Source of the DNA: Gemmatimonadales bacterium | GTDB taxonomy: Bacteria > Gemmatimonadota > Gemmatimonadetes > Gemmatimonadales > GWC2-71-9 | DNA length: 64,000 nucleotides | Reading direction: 5' to 3' | Assembly: GCA_037189525.1 (NCBI GenBank) | Contig: JBBCJC010000003.1 | Span: 160,001-224,000, forward strand | Part shown: one piece after another, positions 38,259-47,236 of the stretch | How positions within the stretch are numbered: the stretch's first letter is position 1 | Layout of the letters: the number at the start of each line of letters is the position of its first letter | Made by a program: the position numbers and the translations under genes | The notes under the pieces: model-generated | The model's database searches: none | What the model was told of the DNA's origin: nothing | The model's input: the letters and a program-made list of their open reading frames with translations, nothing else

Positions 38259-39154
38259 CCCTCCCGGCCCCAGGACAGCGAGATGCCAGCGGGCAAGCGG
38301 GCACCCTCGGCGGCCAGGGAGTCTCCGGCGACGACGAAATCGAGGCGGAGCCGCCGGTCCGATCCGGACGACTGGAGCTCGATCCGAAGCGAGACCGGGT
38401 CCGCCGCGCTCGCGGACATCACCGCGATCGAGTCCTCGAGCGGAAGGCCGCGACGGAAGAACCGAAGTCCGGTGGCCGCGAAGCTCTCGGGCTGATCGGC
38501 GTGGATCAGGATCCGGCGCCCCGGCGAGCGGTCATCGCCCCACTGGAGCACTCCGATGACGGTCGAATCGGCGGCTCGCTCGGCGGGCTCAGTGGCTGAG
38601 AACGAATCGTGAAACGCGGCAAACCGGACCGATCCGGTAGCGCCGGTGCCGATGCCCCGGAGCGGAACGCTCGAGCTGAAGAGGAAGGCACCGGTGTGCA
38701 GGCTGTGGTAGGTGGCCAGCGGACGACTGCCGCAGCAGCCGAAGGTCACCATCTGGTACAGGTTCCCGGTGGGCGTGCCCGACACGGCGCGGCCGCTGAT
38801 CCGGAAGAGCGGGCGCGCCTGGCCGGTGTCCGGTAGCCACGCAGTCACGATCGCCTCGGACGACACGCCATCGGTGTCGCGGCAGCGCCGGATGTCGTAT
38901 TGCTCCTCGAGGACCCGCAGTTCCGCGCCCTCGGCCGTCGTGATGGTGACGGGGCGGAATTGGCGGTTGACCGTTTGAATCGACTCGCACCCCGCAGCGT
39001 CCCGATAGAGCCGCACGTGCGAACGCGCTTCGTGCGCTATCGTGCCGCGCACGGCTACCGGACCACCATCGCCGCGGCTGGAGGGTGGCGGCAAGGTGGC
39101 AACTTGGCACGCAGCGAGGACGGGCAGGATCAACGTTATGCGGGAACGGTTCAC
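38255..39154 (-). CDS. Hypothetical lipoprotein
   Basis: Lipobox LAAC after a basic+hydrophobic signal; GTGA overlap with the GDPD gene. Confidence 0.7.
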   Translation of the reverse strand: MNRSRITLILPVLAACQVATLPPPSSRGDGGPVAVRGTIAHEARSHVRLYRDAAGCESIQTVNRQFRPVTITTAEGAELRVLEEQYDIRRCRDTDGVSSEAIVTAWLPDTGQARPLFRISGRAVSGTPTGNLYQMVTFGCCGSRPLATYHSLHTGAFLFSSSVPLRGIGTGATGSVRFAAFHDSFSATEPAERAADSTVIGVLQWGDDRSPGRRILIHADQPESFAATGLRFFRRGLPLEDSIAVMSASAADPVSLRIELQSSGSDRRLRLDFVVAGDSLAAEGARLPAGISLSWGREG

Positions 39155-39548
39155 GAGGCGGCGGCGAGAAAAAGTGATGGAGATCACAGACGCGAATGTC
39201 GCAATCTATCGGAACGTCTCGCCTCACGCACGTGACAATTCGTCGCACGAATGATGACGGATCGACACATGGCAGCTGAGCGTCACGTGATGCGCACTTG
39301 CTATGGTACGGATGAAGCTGGGGAAAATCCTTGCTTTGCCGAGCAATTCCCTGGGAATGCATCGGTTTTCCCAGGACGTGGCCGACCGGGCCGGAGCCGG
39401 CCGAGCGCCGGGTCAGGGAAATCCGGGCGGAAAATTTGTGGACCCATTCTTGCCTTGACCTCAGGCAACGATGAAGGAGTATCACCTGGGGTCATGACGT
39501 AGCGTTGGCGGGTTGGGGGACTTGCCGACGGAAAGTGAGGGTAGGACG

Positions 39549-39743
39549 ATGATCGATCCGGTACTGCACCATTTACCGCAGGCCAAGCAGACGGCCCAGT
39601 GGATCGCCCAGATGATCCAGCTGGACCCTGATCTGGTACTCCCTGCCGCGCTTCCACTCCTCGCTGCCCGGCTGCTCGGCGCCGATTCGGCGGAGGACGA
39701 GGGAGACGACGAGTTGGTCGAGGTCGAACTCGCAGTGATCTAG
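39549..39743 (+). CDS. Small acidic hypothetical protein (64 aa)
   Basis: GAGG/AGGA SD, GC3-rich codons, followed by a terminator. Confidence 0.6.
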   Translation: MIDPVLHHLPQAKQTAQWIAQMIQLDPDLVLPAALPLLAARLLGADSAEDEGDDELVEVELAVI

Positions 39744-39771
39744 CCCGAATTTGGGCTGGTATCGAAAACGC

Positions 39772-39810
39772 ACGGGTCCTCGAACTGGTGTCGGGGACCC
39801 GTTTGTTTTA
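39772..39810 (+). terminator. Intrinsic terminator
   Basis: ACGGGTCCTCGA-loop-TCGGGGACCCGT then TTGTTTTA. Confidence 0.75.
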
Positions 39811-39857
39811 TCTACCTTGCTGCAAAATCATGCAGCCAGAGCTGCAATTTCTGGCAC

Positions 39858-40226
39858 TTACGGCTGGAACGTGAACTTGTAGGTTCCCCGAATCCCGTGG
39901 CCGTCTTTCGACACGGTCCGCCAGCGGACGGTGTAGGCGCCGGGCTTGAGATCGCCCTCCACCGGGCTCGCGACCGAGTTCACGTCATCGGTCGTTCCGA
40001 AGTCCAACTTCACGTTGACGGTGCTGTCGGCCGAGGTCAGGGTGCCCGAGGACAGCTTCGCGTCGGGCGCTTCATTGAACCACAGCCGAACCTGAGTCGG
40101 CTTCTCGGTCACCGTGCTGTCGAGAGCAGGCTCGGCTTTGACCAAGCGGGCATGGAATGCGGCGCGCGCGGACGTCGCGACGGCGCCGAGGATGGCGAGG
40201 GACAGGGCAAGGGTACGGATACGCAT
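39858..40226 (-). CDS. copC: CopC copper-resistance protein
   Basis: Signal peptide then HARLVKAEP, VRLWFNE, PGAYTVRWRTVSKDGH; AAGGAG SD. Confidence 0.92.
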   Translation of the reverse strand: MRIRTLALSLAILGAVATSARAAFHARLVKAEPALDSTVTEKPTQVRLWFNEAPDAKLSSGTLTSADSTVNVKLDFGTTDDVNSVASPVEGDLKPGAYTVRWRTVSKDGHGIRGTYKFTFQP

Positions 40227-40281
40227 CGAACTCATCTCCTTCAAGAAGGTGAAATATACGTGGTCGGTCGGTTCTTGGCCG

Positions 40282-41439
40282 TCATCGGGGCGGCTCGAAG
40301 GGTTTGGGCCAGGGATCACTGAAACGGGGGTCGTTCAGAAAGGCGCGATCGGTCAGGCTGATCAGAAAGGCAATCAGATCGGCCTTCTCGGTATCGCTCA
40401 GACGAAAGCCCGGCACGAACGGGCTCTTGAGCGGGCTCTCGGCGCCGTCGCCGGCGTTGGGGCCGCGCTCGATCAGGGTGCCGCCTCGGCGGTAATGCTC
40501 GACGACTTCGTCCAGCGAGCCCAGGCTGCCGTCGTGCATGTACGGGCCGGTCACCTCGATGTTGCGCAGCGTCGGGGCCTTGAACCGTCCCATGTCGTCC
40601 GGATTGCCGGTGATCTCATGAATACCCGGGTTCGAGGTGGGATAGGCGCCGTTGCCGTCGAGGTTGTAGAGGCCGTTGTTGTGGAACTCGATCTCGACCA
40701 GGCCTTTGCCTTCGAAGTCCGTACTGCCCGAAAAGTTGAAACCGCCGTGGCAGTGAAAACACTCGAGGCGCTCGCTGTTGAAGAGCTCGAACCCTCGCTG
40801 CGCAGCTGGTGACATGGCCGAGGCGTCGCCGGCTTGGAAGCGATCGTAGGGCGACCGTCCGGATATCAGGGTTCGCTGAAAAGCGGCCAGCGCCCGGGTC
40901 ACGTTGGGGATCGAGATTGGGGTCGTGTCTCCCGGAAATGCCGCCGGAAAGAGGGTCTGATAGCGAGGTTCCGCCGTCAGCCGTTCGATGACCTTCCCCT
41001 CCATCCCGGCCAGTCCCATCTCGACCGGAGTTTCGCCGAACATCGGGACCAGGGCCTGGTTTTCCAGGCGCCGGTGCATCGGATTGGCCCACGTCAGTAC
41101 AGCGGCATAACCGGCATTGGCGAGGCTCATCGAACCTCGAGGATGCGGCTCGCCGGTCACACCCATGGGATGCGGGCGCGGATCCGAGAAGGCAAACTCC
41201 TGGACGTGACAGGTGGCGCACGACATCGTTTTGTCCGATGAGAGCCGGAGGTCGTAAAACAGATGCCGACCAAGCGACACTTTCGCGGCGTTCATCGGAT
41301 TGTCCGTCGGGACCCGCGGGGCCGGGAAGCCCGGCGGCAGATCCCACTCGAACGCCGCGGGTTGGGCGGCCATCGCCGCCAGCAGGACGATCCCGCCGAT
41401 GGCCGCCGTCAGGACCCGCATCGTTCTTCCGCTGCTCAT
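40282..41439 (-). CDS. mbnH: MbnH-family di-heme cytochrome c peroxidase/MauG-like enzyme
   Basis: CATCH and CFHCH heme motifs, LGRHLFYD, FKAPTLRNIEVTGPYMHDGS, FLNDPRFSDPW; ATGA overlap with mbnP. Confidence 0.9.
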   Translation of the reverse strand: MSSGRTMRVLTAAIGGIVLLAAMAAQPAAFEWDLPPGFPAPRVPTDNPMNAAKVSLGRHLFYDLRLSSDKTMSCATCHVQEFAFSDPRPHPMGVTGEPHPRGSMSLANAGYAAVLTWANPMHRRLENQALVPMFGETPVEMGLAGMEGKVIERLTAEPRYQTLFPAAFPGDTTPISIPNVTRALAAFQRTLISGRSPYDRFQAGDASAMSPAAQRGFELFNSERLECFHCHGGFNFSGSTDFEGKGLVEIEFHNNGLYNLDGNGAYPTSNPGIHEITGNPDDMGRFKAPTLRNIEVTGPYMHDGSLGSLDEVVEHYRRGGTLIERGPNAGDGAESPLKSPFVPGFRLSDTEKADLIAFLISLTDRAFLNDPRFSDPWPKPFEPPR

Positions 41440-42347
41440 TGGGTTTGTGCCAGGCGCCGATCGACGACCCGAAAGACGGTCTGGCGAGTGGGTGTGTTCG
41501 CACCAAACGGGAGCCCCAGGTTGGCGAAGATCGGGGCGCAGTCCGGATCGCTTGCTGCGGACATGCAGCCGCGGGCCGTCTCCGGATGGTTCTCGTCCAG
41601 GTTCGCTCCCGCCAGCAGTCGTTCCAGATCGAGAGCAACGGTGTCCCGACCTGCTCGGTAGCTTGGCAGCTCGATCCGGGCCCGGTTGGATGCACCGCAG
41701 GATCGCGTGGCCGACCGGGCCGTGGTGTCGGCGCCGAGGCACTCGGTGCTTCCAAGATGGAGGAACAGGTGTCGCGCCGGTCCGGAGGTCCGATACTCCA
41801 TCCGCAGGAACTTGTAACCGGAACGCCACGCCCAGAACATGCTGGTCACGTTGAGCGGCGAGGGCTGCCGATTGTGGTCGAGGTGATTCCGGTCGAAGGG
41901 GACGCCCACGGTAAATCGGATTCCGGTGTAGTCGCCCGCCGGTGCGAGGCCGCGGACCACCGTATTGGTTTCCGGGCTGCCATTGGCGCAGGGTCCCGTG
42001 CCGTTTTCGAAGTCGAGTAGAGTTACCCCCTCGTGTGACCAGATGTCGCCCGTGGTCGGTTGGAGCGGGATGGCCCGACCTCGGCGGTCGATCAGTTCGA
42101 CCTCGGAGACGAAGAGTCGGAGGTCGGTTGGCGTAATCCGACTGGCCGTTGCACCGAGGTTGTCATAGCTCTCGCCGCAGGCAAAGTGGCGATCGCCGAC
42201 CAGCGCAGCGAACGGGATGGCGACCGGCGTTGGGATTGCCGGGTCAGGCCGAAGGTTGGCCTGCGAGGTAGAGCACGCTGTCAGTCCGATCACGCCGGCG
42301 ACTGTCAGGATGCCCGCGCGTCCTGCGCGAAGCGCAAGGTGTGGCAT
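41436..42347 (-). CDS. mbnP: MbnP-family copper-binding lipoprotein
   Basis: Lipobox LTAC; LLDFENGTGPC, MFWAWRSGYKF (WxW), LHLGSTEC, GCMS; GGAG SD. Confidence 0.9.
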   Translation of the reverse strand: MPHLALRAGRAGILTVAGVIGLTACSTSQANLRPDPAIPTPVAIPFAALVGDRHFACGESYDNLGATASRITPTDLRLFVSEVELIDRRGRAIPLQPTTGDIWSHEGVTLLDFENGTGPCANGSPETNTVVRGLAPAGDYTGIRFTVGVPFDRNHLDHNRQPSPLNVTSMFWAWRSGYKFLRMEYRTSGPARHLFLHLGSTECLGADTTARSATRSCGASNRARIELPSYRAGRDTVALDLERLLAGANLDENHPETARGCMSAASDPDCAPIFANLGLPFGANTPTRQTVFRVVDRRLAQTQ

Positions 42348-42518
42348 GTCGATATGCTCCGGCACGGCCCTGGGCCGTCCGGCTCCCCTTCTGTGATCTG
42401 TGCTGTGCGACCGATTCGTGGCCAGGTGCCGCGCTTCGGCCGTCGCCGGTTGCAGGCGATGGCGCACTTCTGTCCGCGAAGTTCGCCGGACGGAAGACGA
42501 GTTGTCAGTTACCGAAGA

Positions 42519-42908
42519 TCACAGCGGGATAGGTGGTGCCGTTGCGTAGGGGAGCTGATAGGCGGGGCGCACCAGGCGCAGATCGGTGCGCGCTTCCTCA
42601 TCGACCTCGACCGCGTTGGCACCGAAGTCTTCGCCAATGGACGGGCGATGGGCCGGAGCGCCACCGGGGCCGCATTGTGAGGCGGCGCAGCGGCAATCGT
42701 GCCGATTGTGGTGCTCGCCGGTTCCGCCGTCTGCATCGTCCGCGACGGCGTGATGGGTGTGGTGTTCCTGACTGGCGGACGCCTCGACCGGCGCGGCCAT
42801 GGCGCAGTCGTGGAACCAGGGCGACACCACCATCCGGGCCGCGAGTATCACACTCGCGGCCAGGCCCAGGAGGGCTCGGATTCTGGGGCGCCGCACCGAT
42901 CGCATCAT
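42519..42908 (-). CDS. His/Cys-rich exported leader protein (DUF2946/CruR/CutF-like)
   Basis: Basic+hydrophobic N-terminus, HDC, HHTHH, HHNRHDCRCAASQC, C-terminal LPYATAPPIPL; directly upstream of a copper operon. Confidence 0.72.
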   Translation of the reverse strand: MMRSVRRPRIRALLGLAASVILAARMVVSPWFHDCAMAAPVEASASQEHHTHHAVADDADGGTGEHHNRHDCRCAASQCGPGGAPAHRPSIGEDFGANAVEVDEEARTDLRLVRPAYQLPYATAPPIPL

Positions 42909-42951
42909 CCCGTCGATTGTAAGGCCCTCTGGAGCGGAAGGCCAGACCGGA

Positions 42952-45666
42952 CTAGCGTCCGATCATCCCATTGAACAAAAACCGGAAGGTTCCGTGGGGC
43001 TGTGCCCTGAAGGTGACCTCCGGACCGAACAGGTACAGTGTCCCTTTGCCGACGTTCGCTTCGGCGATGGCCACGCCTCCGTCCAGGTAAGTCTGGCCCC
43101 AGGCCCAGCCGCTCTTGAGCGGCTCGGGCGACGCGAACCATGCCACCGGGCGGATGCCCCGGTTCCGTCCGTCGAGCGGAACCCGGAAGACGGGGCTCTG
43201 ATCGAAGGTCACCAGCGCTTCGGCCTCCATGCCAGCTGCGCTCTGCGCGGTGGTATCGACGGAGACCTGCAGGATCGAGGTCGGGACGTAGAACTTCTCG
43301 CGCGGCAAGGGACGAGTCCCGCCTGCCGGGTCCCGCTCGACCAGATGATCCTCGATCGGCAGTCCCAGGTGGCGCGCCAGATCGGTGGCGCTCCCGATCG
43401 TCACGACACGCCCGCCCTGATCCAGGAAGCTCTTGAGCGCGGGGATGGTCCGCTCGAGCGTGACTCGGCCGAGCTGCTGGCGATACGGTTCGGGGATGTC
43501 GGTCGAGGCAGGCGGCTGCACCGGGACCGACCGGCCCGGCGTTTCGGCGCGGGCCGACGGAATCGATCCGCCGACGAACACCAGGGCGTCGTAACGCTGG
43601 TGCAGGTTGCCGCGGTCGAGCATCGGCGGGAAGACGACCTCGAAGGGAAACTCGAACTCTTCGAGGAGGTAGCGGACCCAGCCGGACGGCATCGAGCCGC
43701 CATACTGGTCCCACAAGCCGATGCGGTACGGTGTCACGGCCACGGCGCCGATCGGCCGGTCGGCGACGGTGACCGGAAGACCTCGATCATCGACCAGCCG
43801 CTGCAGGATTCTGACGGCGTCCGGCGTAGCGGGGACGTAGAACGTCGACCCGCGCGCTTCGACCCGCTGCTTGGCGGCGAGCAGCCGGTTGACGGCCAGA
43901 TAGCTGTCGTTGACGCGGCGAGAAAGCAGGAAGCCGCTGCCGCCGGGCATCCGCGCCCCGACCGGTGGCTTCGCAAGCACGTCGCCGATCTTGCGGCAGG
44001 GACAGTCGAAGCGGTCGAGCATCCGGTCGTAGCGGACCCCCATCTGCATCGCAAGCGTGTAGCCGGCGTTGTCGTACGGCGGCTTGGGAGGTCCGCCCGG
44101 GTAGCTCAGGTCGTTCGGGTAATCCTGCGGCTCCATCATATCGAGCACGTGGGAGCGGAAGGCCTGTGCCGACCGGATCACATAGGAGCCTGCCGGATAG
44201 CGCTTGCCGCCCGCGGAAAACGCCGATGTCGCATAGTGCACGTCGATGCCCGACTCGATCAGGGCGTTGACGAACTTGGTGGCCGTCAGGAAGTCGGGTT
44301 GGTCGCTGGGCAGGACGTAACCGCGCGGGTCGCGATCTTCCGGCCGGCGCATCCAGGTCTGGAACTGACGCACGGTCAGCGGACGCGGGCCCCGCTGGTT
44401 GGCGGTGCCCTGCGAGTCCTTGGCGGCCTCGGCCGTGAGGCGCGCCACCCGCTTCGGATAGTTGGTCCAGCTGTCCTCGTTGCCCTTCTTGATGGCGCTC
44501 TTGCCCATCTGGTAGATGTTGTAGAGCAGCGGCTCGCGATACCGCGAGGCGTAGTCGAGAATGGCCCGGTTGGCGGTAATCGAGTAGTCGATCGACTGCC
44601 GGAATCGCCACGGCTGCGGCATGATGGGGAAGGGGCCGTTACCGTCGGCCACCAGCCGGCCCGGAATCACGGGGATCTGCATCGGCGTCGGGCTGCCGAT
44701 GGTTTCCGTCAGGATCCCGACCTGATTGTGGAAGTAGGCCGTGGTGCGCAGACCGCCGTTCCACCAGGTCTGGTAGCTGGCCGCTTCGCGCTGTACCACG
44801 CCGGGTTTGTCCTCCGCGGCAAACCGGGTATGCATCGCATTGCCGACCATGCCTAACGTGTTGATCAGGAGCGGGTCCAGATTGTGGTTGTGCGGGTCGC
44901 GAAAGGGCGGCGCGAACATCACCGAACCGGCCGGGCCGGTCTGGTGGTGGTTGTACATGATCTGCGGGAACCACTCGCGATAGAGTGCCCGGCTGATGTT
45001 CTTCGATTCCGGCATCGCGTTGAGATAGAAGTCGCGATTGTTGTCGTGCCCGATGTACTTCTGGTAGAGCCGGGGAAGTTCGGACGTGGTGCGCTTGGTC
45101 GGGTCGGAGCGCCGCATGTACCAGTCGCTGACCAGGTCCATCCCGTCGGGGTTGGCGTGGACCACGAGCTGCACCACGTCGTCGAGGAGACGCATGGTCT
45201 CCTCGTCGGTATACGACAGCATCTGGTAGACGTGTTCCATCAGCTGATGCGCACCGAGCACCTCGGTAGCATGCAGACCGCCGTCGATCCAGATCACCGC
45301 GCGTCCCTCTTTGGCCAGCGCCCGGGCCTGTTCGTCGGTCAGATCCTCCGCGCGGGAGAGCCGCCGGGAAATGTCGCGCAGGCGGTCGAGCCGGGCGTGG
45401 TTGGCGGGGGAGGTGATGATGGCCATCCACTGATCGCGTCCTTCGGCGGTCTTGCCGATGGAGACCAGCTTCATCCGGTCGGACTCGCGATCCAGCTTCT
45501 TCCAGTAGTCGGTGAGTTGCTTGTAGTTGGCCAGCTGGTAGTCGTCGCCCAAGGTAAAGCCGAATTGCTCCTTGGGGGTGGTGATCCGCCGTTGGGCCGA
45601 GGCTGTGAATGTGAGCGAGGTTGCAGCGAGGAATATCCCGAGGCCGATGCGAACCAATGCGCGCAT
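42952..45666 (-). CDS. Secreted M14-family zinc carboxypeptidase
   Basis: Signal peptide; GGLHATE (HxxE), NPDG, GHDNNRD, YNHHQ. Confidence 0.9.
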   Translation of the reverse strand: MRALVRIGLGIFLAATSLTFTASAQRRITTPKEQFGFTLGDDYQLANYKQLTDYWKKLDRESDRMKLVSIGKTAEGRDQWMAIITSPANHARLDRLRDISRRLSRAEDLTDEQARALAKEGRAVIWIDGGLHATEVLGAHQLMEHVYQMLSYTDEETMRLLDDVVQLVVHANPDGMDLVSDWYMRRSDPTKRTTSELPRLYQKYIGHDNNRDFYLNAMPESKNISRALYREWFPQIMYNHHQTGPAGSVMFAPPFRDPHNHNLDPLLINTLGMVGNAMHTRFAAEDKPGVVQREAASYQTWWNGGLRTTAYFHNQVGILTETIGSPTPMQIPVIPGRLVADGNGPFPIMPQPWRFRQSIDYSITANRAILDYASRYREPLLYNIYQMGKSAIKKGNEDSWTNYPKRVARLTAEAAKDSQGTANQRGPRPLTVRQFQTWMRRPEDRDPRGYVLPSDQPDFLTATKFVNALIESGIDVHYATSAFSAGGKRYPAGSYVIRSAQAFRSHVLDMMEPQDYPNDLSYPGGPPKPPYDNAGYTLAMQMGVRYDRMLDRFDCPCRKIGDVLAKPPVGARMPGGSGFLLSRRVNDSYLAVNRLLAAKQRVEARGSTFYVPATPDAVRILQRLVDDRGLPVTVADRPIGAVAVTPYRIGLWDQYGGSMPSGWVRYLLEEFEFPFEVVFPPMLDRGNLHQRYDALVFVGGSIPSARAETPGRSVPVQPPASTDIPEPYRQQLGRVTLERTIPALKSFLDQGGRVVTIGSATDLARHLGLPIEDHLVERDPAGGTRPLPREKFYVPTSILQVSVDTTAQSAAGMEAEALVTFDQSPVFRVPLDGRNRGIRPVAWFASPEPLKSGWAWGQTYLDGGVAIAEANVGKGTLYLFGPEVTFRAQPHGTFRFLFNGMIGR

Positions 45667-45877
45667 GAGAAGGTCCCTGATCGAGAATGAGGCCGGCAAT
45701 CGGTGTGGCAGCGCCGATGGCCGCGTCTGGGGTCGAGCAATCGACGTGGGCTGCGGGCGCCGGTGAAGGGCACCATCGCAGCCTATCTCAATTATACGCA
45801 GGAAGAGAGGGGGATGTTGGAGGTGACGCGACCCGGCGCAGCGGTCTGCTACGCCGGGGCGGTCGTGTCGGTGTCGA

Positions 45878-47224
45878 TTAGGCGTTACGGTCGGTGCAGC
45901 CTGAGAACTCCGGGTTGTTGGTTTCGTCGAACGGGATCGGGAAGTTGACGTCGCCGCCGTAGGCGCCGCCTTTGAACCAGGTACCAGTGGGGAACACCGT
46001 TTCGGCATTGCGGCCGTACTGCCGGATCAGCCGGCGCAGGTCGCCCAGGCGGTGACCGGTGCCGAACATCCAGAACGCACGCTCCCGGAACAGGAGGTCC
46101 ACCCGAGCTGCTTCACTCCCCGGATCCGTGAGGACTGTGAGCAGGGTATCGGTGGCTCGGGCGTCGTTGAGCTTCGACAGGAAGAGCGTCGTGTTGTCGG
46201 CTCGCAGGGCCGCTTCGGCTTCGATCAGGCGCGCCTCGATGCCTGACGCGATCGTGATCGGCGAGGCGCGATCGTTCCAGAGACCTTGGGCGACAGTCGG
46301 AACGACGCCGTCGAATGCCAGGGGCGGCAGCCCGGCCGGGGCCGGCGGGATGCGCGGGTCGTTGGCGGAGCGGAATTGGATGCCGTTGCCGCCTTCGCCG
46401 TTGCCCATGACGTAGCGCCGGAGATTGATGTTCTGCTGCCAGTTGGCATTCACCGCGGAGTTCTGTGAATGGGTCAACTGATAGACGAACGTGGTTGGTA
46501 CGGAGGCAACGGCCGCCGCCGCTGCTGCCGGCTGGTTCAGGTTGAGCAGGGCTCGGGCCTTGACGACCGAGGCAAAGTTGGCGACGCGCGCCTCATTGGC
46601 GCCGCCATTGTTGGTGATGGCCGAGTCGGCATGGCTCACCGCACGGCGGAAGGCGGAGTCGTACGACACCGGGGTGCCAAAGACGATGGTGGTACCATCG
46701 ATTCCGCTGAAGGGGATTCCGTTGCAGAACACCTCCCCCAGCTGGTTCTCGGCAAAGGCCATCATCGTGAACATCAGGCCGATATTGGATGCCGGAGCCG
46801 GGGCCCATTCGCGCAACGAGTTAATGGCGGTTCTCGCTTCGGTACGAACCCGATGGGCCCGCCGTGAGAGATCGATCACGAAGCTGTTGGTCTCTGCGAC
46901 GACGCGCTGGTCGGTGGAGTTCCGTTGCTGGAATGTGTCACCCGATTGCCATTCGTCGGCCATCAGGCCGCTCAGCAGGAACCAGCCGTCGGGTGCGTCG
47001 CCGCCAGCCGAGAAAGCTTGGGTCATCCGAAGGAACACGCCGTTGCGCAGCGCAATGGCGCTGGCCGGCGAACTGGCTTCGGTCAGGATGTCGGGATCGT
47101 TGACCTCGAGCACGCTGTCGCAGCCGCCAGCCAGCAGGGTGCCGGTCAGCGCAGCGGCGCCGAGCCACCGGCGGACCGGGGACGGGGTCGAGAGCATCAT
47201 GGAGTTTCCGATAGGAGTAGGCAT
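45878..47224 (-). CDS. SusD/RagB-family lipoprotein (SusD-4)
   Basis: Lipobox AGGC; EARLIEAEAAL, FRERAFWMFGTGHRLGDLRR; GAGGA SD. Confidence 0.92.
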   Translation of the reverse strand: MPTPIGNSMMLSTPSPVRRWLGAAALTGTLLAGGCDSVLEVNDPDILTEASSPASAIALRNGVFLRMTQAFSAGGDAPDGWFLLSGLMADEWQSGDTFQQRNSTDQRVVAETNSFVIDLSRRAHRVRTEARTAINSLREWAPAPASNIGLMFTMMAFAENQLGEVFCNGIPFSGIDGTTIVFGTPVSYDSAFRRAVSHADSAITNNGGANEARVANFASVVKARALLNLNQPAAAAAAVASVPTTFVYQLTHSQNSAVNANWQQNINLRRYVMGNGEGGNGIQFRSANDPRIPPAPAGLPPLAFDGVVPTVAQGLWNDRASPITIASGIEARLIEAEAALRADNTTLFLSKLNDARATDTLLTVLTDPGSEAARVDLLFRERAFWMFGTGHRLGDLRRLIRQYGRNAETVFPTGTWFKGGAYGGDVNFPIPFDETNNPEFSGCTDRNA

Positions 47225-47236
47225 GTCGGCTCGTCC

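Noticed and set aside
39858..42908. Methanobactin biosynthetic cluster
   Set aside because: No mbnB or mbnC; the upstream ORF does not resemble an MbnA precursor.
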